NCBI GenBank assembly: GCA_964016885.1
Contig: CAXHJY010001741.1
Coordinates: forward strand, 1-64,000
DNA length: 64,000 nucleotides
Source: Eledone cirrhosa
Lineage: Eukaryota
Direction: 5' to 3'
Shown: positions 54,101-64,000 of the stretch, in pieces
Numbering within the stretch: position 1 is the stretch's first letter
Layout of the letters: every line of letters starts with the position of its first letter
Notes under the pieces: generated by a model
The model's database searches: none
Told to the model about the DNA's origin: nothing
What the model saw: only the letters and a program-made list of their open reading frames with translations
Program-made: the position numbers and the translations under genes

Positions 54101-54322
54101 CGCTATTAATAAAGAACAAAGAAATGTTCCGAAAATTAAAAACTAAAAAAAATCAACTAACAAAAACAAAAAAAGTAAAAACATTGATTATATATCTGGG
54201 TGTTGTTGTTGTGTTTTATAGTGAGGAGTAGGGGGAGGTAGGGTAACAGGAGAGGAACATGAGATTAGAGAAAGAAAGATAGATGATAATAGATAGATAG
54301 ATATGTATATCTATCTATATAT

Positions 54323-54394
<72 letters not shown>

Positions 54395-54926
54395 GTATAT
54401 ATATATAGATATATATATATATAGATAGATAGATAGATTAATGGATAGATAAATAGATAGATAGATAGTTGGATATTATATATATATATAACAACAACAG
54501 AGGCAACCATCACAAACACCGCGACAGTCACCACCACCACCACCACCTCCACCACTACAAACACCACAACAGCCATCACCACCACCGCCGCCACCACCAC
54601 CACCACCACCATCACCACAAACACCACAACCACCATCACCAACACTACCGCCACAAACACCACAACAGCCACCTCCACCGCTACCGCCACCACCACAAAC
54701 ACCACAACCACCATCACCACCACAAACACCGCAACCACCGCCACCACCACCACCACCACCACAACCACCGCCACCACCACCACCACCACAACCACCGCCA
54801 CCACCACCACCACCACAACCACCGCCACCACCACCACCACCACATACCACCACCCCACTCTCAAGAGCGTGAAACTAATAAACATTTGTTCCCTACTGCC
54901 TCTCTGTTTTGTTCCCGTTCAATTTT

Positions 54927-55190
<264 letters not shown>

Positions 55191-55219
55191 GATAGATGGA
55201 TAGAAAGATCGATAGACAA

Positions 55220-55262
<43 letters not shown>

Positions 55263-55874
55263 TTTCTGAGGATAAAGATGTTGGAGAAGAGATAGGGGGG
55301 GGGGAGGAAGAGCTGATGAGTTTGGTGGGGTAGGATGGAGTGTGTGAGCAAGGGGGAAATTAAATTAATTTAAATTTGTCCGTTGTGTGTTTTTTGTCTT
55401 GTATAAAGCATTGATTTCTCATTATATATACATATTTCTCATTATATATATATGTATATACACATAAACACACATATATGTATATACACATAAACACACA
55501 TGGACATGCGCATATGTGCATACATCTGTTAATACATACATACATACGTACATACATATATAATCACACATAGATATACAAACACAAAAGTGTACACACA
55601 CACGATTGCATACACACACGTCTATATTCAAACACACATGTCTACACATGTATGTACTCTTATGTATACACACCAATAAACATACATATATACACAGTTA
55701 CGTACAGTTACGTATACACGTACACACTGTATACCTAGTTACAGGTATGTGTAGCGTGTATGTGAGTGTGAGTGTGAGTGTGTCAAAATTTAATTACGTG
55801 TCTTTATTCTGTCTGTCTGAATGCCTGTCTGTCTGTCTGTCTGTCTGTAATGTATCAAGTAATCAATCAATCAC

Positions 55875-55934
<60 letters not shown>

Positions 55935-56431
55935 GCCTCTTTCAAAAACGAAAGAGAGGCGGTTTTATTCTGTACAGTGGCTATGGTGAAAGAGATTATA
56001 TGGTGGACGAGATTGAGAGGGCTGAGGACAGATGCCTTTCTCTCCGGACAACAATTGATTCCCTTCTTTAAGTATCACTTTAGAGGGAGAATCAGAGTGG
56101 AGAGAGAGGCACTGCACCCCAGTAAATTTACTGAAAGGTGGGTGAATGAAGCGAAAATGGCCCGAGTGATTGAGCCTTCTCTGTTTATAAGCCTGTAGGT
56201 TAAAGAAGAGAGCAAAAGGAAGAAGGGAGCACTTGCACAACACGCTCCTGAAGTTGAGGGTTGTTCTATCAACGGGTTATTAAACAACCCATTTGTGGCG
56301 CTTCCCCTTACTGGGGATTTCGATTGTTGTAATTGTTTGATTTATATTTTTTATACGACTGTATGTAAAATCCCTGGCATGTCTTTGTATTGTCCCCTTT
56401 CTTGTGCGCCCTTGTGGCAAATAAAGAAATC
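55935..56431 (+). pseudogene. Short 3' copy of the Tx1 family within (CTAT)n
   Basis: WWTRLRGLRTDAFLSGQ...; ends GTGGCAAATAAAGAAATC then (TATC)n. Confidence 0.9.
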
Positions 56432-56462
56432 TATCTATCTATCTATCTATCTATCTATATAT

Positions 56463-58121
<1,659 letters not shown>

Positions 58122-58147
58122 TCTCTATATATATATATACATATATC

Positions 58148-58887
58148 TAGGGCGCGTAAAATTCCCGAGATCCATGGACGAGTTTTCTCCAGCGGACTCT
58201 GTCCCTCATCATCGCTGCCATGTCCTGCGTCTCCAAGAGACCTGTGTCTGTCCTTAGGGCATCAACATATGTCAACCTCGGTCTGCCTCTAGTCTCCTCT
58301 GTGTTACTTTCGAGCTGACTTTTGGGAGGCTCCCGTACAGCTCTGAGTCCTTCATCCTCAGTGTATACTGATTAATGTTCAGAGCCATCCTCAGCATTCT
58401 CCTGTAGCACCCATCCACCATCTGAGTGAGTTTCGTGATCAGCGTCCAAGTCTCAGACCCGTACAGTAGCACAGACTCTACTGGAGCAACGAAGAGACGG
58501 ATCTTCAGGTCTTTACGAAGCTCCGACTTCCACACCGATCTCTGGCTTTACTGTAGCACTGGCTCAGAGCAGGGGAGTTAAGACGAAAAAGATATCAGAT
58601 GTTGAATTTACTGATGACATAGTTCTGTTGACAAATAATGTGAAGGAGGTAGAGAAGTTGATGCAGGAGGTGGAGACTGTGTCGATGAGTGTGAGACTGA
58701 GAATGAATGAGATTAAGACGAGTATCTGGTAGAGAATATTAAGAAGCCAAAGAAGATTATGAATGTAGGCGGGAAGCCGTTAGAGTTGGTTGAGGACTTC
58801 CTGTATCTGGGAGCAAAGATTGGGAACACAGAGGATGGTGTGGTTGAGAGGAAGAGCAAAGACTGGGCGGTTGCCACAGTTTGAGGT
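58148..58887 (-). pseudogene. 5'-truncated RTE LINE with 5' inversion
   Basis: Minus 58148-58541 encodes VESVLLYGSETW...DTGL..MRDRVRW; plus 58542-58887 encodes the upstream RT part ISDVEFTDDIVLL...DFLYLG. Confidence 0.88.
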
Positions 58888-60382
58888 ATATATATATATA
58901 TATATAAATTAGAATATAAATATTAATAAAATAGATGTTCTTTTGATCAATTACATTTTATTATACATATTTCGGATGTACAACAGTACGTCCTCATCAG
59001 ACAAAATATAATGATACATGACATACCCTGAGATGTTAAATGGTTAAGATTTAATTACGGTAGTGATTAACCTAAGGGAAAATTTAAGATTTATACCCTA
59101 ATAATGAGAAAATGCGAAAACGTAATAAATTCAATAGAGAATGTGTGAGTAAGAAAAACGTTGCTTAATGTACCAGTTATCGAGATTTTAATATGTATGA
59201 TACTACAATTTATCTAGGAAAGCATTTCATGAATTATAACAGTGAGAGCCACTGGAAAAGAGGGGGAAAGATGAGGGGGGGGGGGATAATGTATGCAGAA
59301 GGATATTTTTTTCCGAAAGTTAAACGGTTAAGTTTGAAAATATTTACTTTATGTTATCTTAGGGTGAAGAATCAAGATTTTAGTTTTCTTTTTAAATTGG
59401 TGGTTATTTATATATTAGTTTTGTTAACATTTCTAAGCTTCTGAATTTTTTTGCGGATAACATTTAAAGGATTTAGCTGGCCATCAGTAAGGAAAGTTTA
59501 CACTGTTGAATATTTTCCTAAATGTAAGCTTTAATGAAGATAATCATTGTCAACGTATTAGGTATGTAAGGCTTTTGAAGTACTTATTGTTAGAAATATC
59601 TAAATAACGGTTATGTATATAGATATATATTAATTAATGAGCCAGTATATTTTAGGTAAATGATAACGAAAATAAAAATAAAATAATAGATTGAGGCATG
59701 TTAACGTTAAATATATACCTATATATAACGGGGTGTAAATGTATTAATTATTCTTAGCTCAAAGTAAAAACAATCAAGAAATTTAGAAGATAACTGAAAA
59801 TTATGTATAGAAAGATACAGGGAGTTATATATGGATATATATTAGGTATTAGTGATACAGTATACTTTAGGTAAATGATAACGGTTATAATTTTATATAA
59901 TAAAGTTCTACGTGTTAAAGTTAAATACATATATATATATATATATATATAAGAAAAACAATAATAAATGCATGGATAATTCATAGTTTAAAATAATGTT
60001 TATAATAATTTATAATTTGGATATTTGCTCTATATTTGAATCATGGATATAAGAATGCGGTAGGTATATTTTAAAACATAGAACATATAATTACATACAT
60101 ATTATAAATAAGAGATCAGAAACGCATGAAAAATTCTCAGTTATAAATAAGTTCAGTAAGGGTTGGATATAAAACTCAGATTTAAAACTTAGATAGGAAG
60201 ATAAAGATAGAGAAATAAAAAAATAATGGTATGGATCAAAGTTAACAAAATGTGTATCAATGTTCCGGCATGTTATTGAACAAGTGTCTTTCATTCGAGC
60301 GTTATTTCTTCTATATATAGTTATAAGATAATGCAATATTAAAGGCCACATACTATGTCATGTATCATTATATTTTGTCTGA

Positions 60383-60570
60383 AGGGCGGTGGATTGGCAG
60401 TATCGGTAGAGGGTCGGACGCCATGCTTTGACGCATAGAGTTACGGCCCTTGCCATTCTGAGTTCAAATCTCGCCGAAGTTAACTTTGCCTTTCATCCTT
60501 ACGGGGTCGATAAAATAAAGTACCAGTAATACACTGAGTAATTGCTGGCCTTGTGCCAAAAGTAGAAACA
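60383..60570 (+). mobile_element. SINE-A insertion with 16-bp TSD
   Basis: ATTATATTTTGTCTGA at 60367-60382 and 60571-60586. Confidence 0.95.
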
Positions 60571-60576
60571 ATTATA

Positions 60577-60627
60577 TTTTGTCTGATGAGGACGTACTGT
60601 TGTACATCCGAAATATGTATAATAAAA
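60577..60627 (+). ncRNA. Type I minimal hammerhead ribozyme (HH-A); mirror copy at 58956-59006 on the minus strand
   Basis: UUUUGU-CUGAUGA-GGACGUAC(UGUU)GUACAUCC-GAAA-UAUGU-AUA-AUAAAA. Confidence 0.78.
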
Positions 60628-60770
60628 TGTAATTGATCAAAAGAACATCTATTTTATTAATATTTATATTCTAATATTAATAACTCTGGAAAATTATTTT
60701 GCCGTAGAGCGCTTCCAATCTACTGTAAAACTCATTCTTTGATATACTCATTGAATTTTGTTTAACTCTT

Positions 60771-60834
<64 letters not shown>

Positions 60835-62520
60835 TTTACGTATCGAGAAAGAGAAAAAAAGGGGGGATAGGTGATACATATAGTTATTTGCCAAGTAGCG
60901 TATGCCAAAGGTGCTCAATACTAGTGCCGGCAGTATTAAATATTCGAAGTGTTAATATTTAGTGGGCTAGAGAGTTAGCAGAGCGTAAGCACGTGGGAAA
61001 GTAAAAAATCGGAGAATAGACCGTTAAAACATGTTTATTTAAAATATCACCTACGTACGTTTCGCCCAGTTGGGCTTCTCAAGGGCATAAATAATCACAA
61101 GTGTTCCTTATATAGTTCGGAAAGAGTTTTGGGGGTTAAATCTACAACAAGGTTCATTGCTCGCAAAAATATCTTGTTTTGATTTTGCAGCAGGTCAAGG
61201 GAGGTAACTCTGGCCGGTGTTAGGGCAATCTTTCCCGGACATTTTTTTTTTTTTTTTTTTTTTTTTTTGCCGCATCCGTTTGTCTGAGGCTGGGTCTGGT
61301 ATGCAAGGATTGTTTCCTGGGTGTTATTTTGCAGCGCCTGCCCGCCGGGGTGTTAAGACTTGTTGCAGGGAGATCCAGTGTACTATTTCACTCTTCATCC
61401 TGAAACCCATCTGAAGAAGGATATTTTTAAGCGATGTGTACAACTTATCGCTGTTTCAGCTCTGCTGTTGATGAGCTCGTGGGGTGCAGTTATGATGTGG
61501 TAGAGCTCCATGAGGCAAATATCGCATTTCCTCTTGAAGTTGTACGGTGCAGCCCTGCCGACAATCTCCCAGTGCGTGGAGAAGCTGATGTTTAAGTCCT
61601 TTAGTGATGTGATGTAGTCCGCGAGCGAAGTGGAGTGCCTAAGTTTTCTATTTGTGAAAGAGTGGAGATGTGTTCGAAACCTAATTTTGAACGGGCCGGA
61701 GGTGGCCCCTATATAATGTTTAACGCTATTGTGGCTAGTAATAGTGCATCTATATATAACCCTATCAGTCAAGCAGTATCCTCTAAGGGGCAGCGTCCTC
61801 TGTCGCGGCAGTTGCAATTTCTGTCGCGGTTCCGTCTATTTCCCACGGTAAGGCTATCATTGTTGCTGCCTACGTTGTTACCTACGCTACCGCAGCTGTC
61901 GTTAGCACAATTACAACCCACAGCACGCGGGATGGTGCGATTGTTATTCCGCACGTCATGTTCTGCATGTTCCCCAGTCATTTCGCGGTCATTCTGGTTG
62001 CGTCTGCGGATGCCGTTGCCAAGACTATTGGATGCTGCCAGGGAGTTGTTAAGGCCGATATAGTTATTGTCAGGTGTAGGTGCGTCTGTGTCGAGGTGCT
62101 GTGTCTTGGTGATCTTACTGTGGTTCGTTGTTCCTATGATGTCTGCTAGGTTAGGAGTAGTAGAGAAGGATATTTTTATATTGTTCCTATTAAGAATTTG
62201 TCTATACCTATGGTTGGGCGGGAAGTTCTTCTCTAAGGCTTCGAAGAACATCCGGGGTATGTTGGAGGCCATACTCCGAGAGTAGAGGGTGGGGTGGGGG
62301 TGGAACCATAGGACGTTACGGTGGCGATTACGTGTCCTTGTACTTTTGCTACGGGTGGTTCCATCTAAGTGACCGCTCTTATGTGTGTTAATGCGCAGTC
62401 GCCCGTTCGGTGCCCCTTTCACTTTATGCTCGGGTACACTCTTTCTACCTCTTCCATGTTTATGTACACGAAGATGTTGGCTGGAAGGCGTTGGTAGTAG
62501 GCCGTCGCCTTTGTTGGTTT
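60835..62520 (-). mobile_element. 5'-truncated Penelope-like element (linker, GIY-YIG, terminal repeat), frameshifted
   Basis: RNVLWFHP..YS..NRNNIKISFS; CNCRDRGRCPL; VIYRC..HYIGAT..FKIRF..H; CDICLME..CTH; variant hammerhead at 61048-61087. Confidence 0.9.
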
Positions 62521-62588
62521 TGTATATATATATATATATATATTTATCCCGCTTTCTCTCTATATATATGTGTGTATCTGTATGTTTT

Positions 62589-62663
<75 letters not shown>

Positions 62664-63184
62664 CTGTCTCTTCATCACACTCCTCCCCATCTCTATCTAT
62701 ATATCTATATATCTATATAACTATCTATCTAACTATATGTCTGAGAAGAGGGTCTAGGCTGTGCTTCTTTCTCTTACTTTTTGAAGAATGCATTTAACGC
62801 CGTGTACGTATTCTTGAGTTTTCTTTCACAAAGCAATTCCTAGTAGCGGGCTATTATGTCTTAAAAAACATATCTTGGGCGTGCTGCTTCTCAGTTAACG
62901 AAAGTAATTCCTAATAAACTGCTCTATAATTTCATTAATCTTGGCAATGCAATTTCTGAGGAAACTTTATGGTATGAATTTCATTGGCAGAGTTGTTAGG
63001 GCTTCGTATACATTGCTTTGTGTTATTTGTTACGTCATGTTATTTGAAACGTTCTAAGTTCAAATCCCGCCGATCTCAACTTTGTTTTTCATCTCTAAAA
63101 TACCAGTCAAGAGCCAGTGGATCAGTCGAATTGTTTTTCGGTATCTGTTCCAGTTCTGTGTAGCTCAAGATTAAATTTCCTCTT

Positions 63185-63587
63185 AGGCTTCAAATTCCAC
63201 TGATGGTCAGGACTAAATTACCCGACCCCGGAACCACAACTGATTATGGAAAGTGCAATAGGTTGAGGCTTCAAATTCCACTGATGGTCAGGGCTAATTA
63301 CCCGACCGCGGAACCACAACTGATTATGGAAAGTGCAATAGGTTGAGGCTTCAAATTCCACTGATGGTCAGGGCTAATTACCCGACCGCGGAACCACAAC
63401 TGATTATGGAAAGTGCAATAGGTTGAGGCTTCAAATTCCACTGATGGTCAGGGCTAATTACCCGACCGCGGAACCACAACTGATTATGGAAAGTGCAATA
63501 GGTTGAGGCTTCAAATTCCACTGATGGTCAGGGCTAATTACCCGACCGCGGAACCACAACTGATTATGGAAAGTGCAATAGGTTGAG
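63185..63587. repeat. 80-bp tandem repeat, 5 copies (last 4 identical)
   Basis: TGATTATGGA at 63241, 63321, 63401, 63481 and 63561. Confidence 0.95.
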
Positions 63588-63709
63588 AATTGAAACTATC
63601 TGATACTGAAGACGTATAGCAATGATAATGATGAAGATGAGGATGGCGATGAGTGGATGGTGATGAGGATGATAATGATTAGGAAGAATATGTGGATAAT
63701 GATGGTGAT

Positions 63710-63900
63710 AATTGTTTCTACTTTAGGCAGAAGGCCAGCAATTACCCAGTACATTACTGGTACTTTTTTTTATCGAACCCCGTAAGGATGAAAGGCAAAG
63801 TCAACCTCGGCGGGATTTGAACTCCGATCATAAAGGGACGTAACTATGCTGGAAAGCATGGCGTCCGACCCTCTACCGATACTGCCAATCCACCGCCCTT
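63710..63900 (-). mobile_element. SINE-A full-length copy
   Basis: Consensus match. Confidence 0.92.
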
Positions 63901-64000
63901 CAATGATGATGATAATGATGATTGATGATGACGATGTGAAGCTGATGATGATAATGCTGTTGTTGTTTTTGTTGGTGGTGGTAGTAGTGGTAGTGTTGGT

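Larger units (their letters stand above)
58909..60772. mobile_element. 1.85-kb HH-A element: AT-rich non-coding body between inverted hammerhead-bearing termini
   Basis: Termini match 3680-4100; hammerheads at 58956-59006(-) and 60577-60627(+); (TA)n on both sides. Confidence 0.82.

Noticed and set aside
63185-63587. CRISPR-like appearance of tandem arrays (also 48618-49180)
   Set aside because: Units repeat in full with no unique spacers; eukaryotic context; no cas genes.

Overview
Eukaryotic, very repeat-rich DNA with no recognisable host protein-coding exon. Microsatellite density and the tRNA-derived SINE families suggest a cephalopod (Octopus-like) genome; this is inference. Nearly all ORF-track entries are translations of (TA)n, (CA)n, (CTAT)n, (ACT)n or (AAC)n repeats. 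The real coding content is transposon-derived: (1) one full-length L1/Tx1-clade retrotransposon with two intact ORFs (13001-18816, minus) plus three truncated relatives, all ending in microsatellites rather than poly(A); (2) a decayed CR1; (3) RTE pieces; (4) several Penelope-like (GIY-YIG) remnants; (5) a Tigger/pogo fossil, MITEs and two SINE families. The main hidden signal is a dense set of type I hammerhead ribozyme motifs: about 10 foldable by eye plus several degenerate ones, from at least 6 sequence families. Most lie in small non-coding fold-back (palindromic) elements inserted in (TA)n. One canonical hammerhead lies in a 485-bp head-to-tail unit whose genomic copy begins at the predicted self-cleavage site (23171-23846), which resembles a retrozyme or mini-Penelope system. 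All folds were made by eye; no database searches or folding programs were run.
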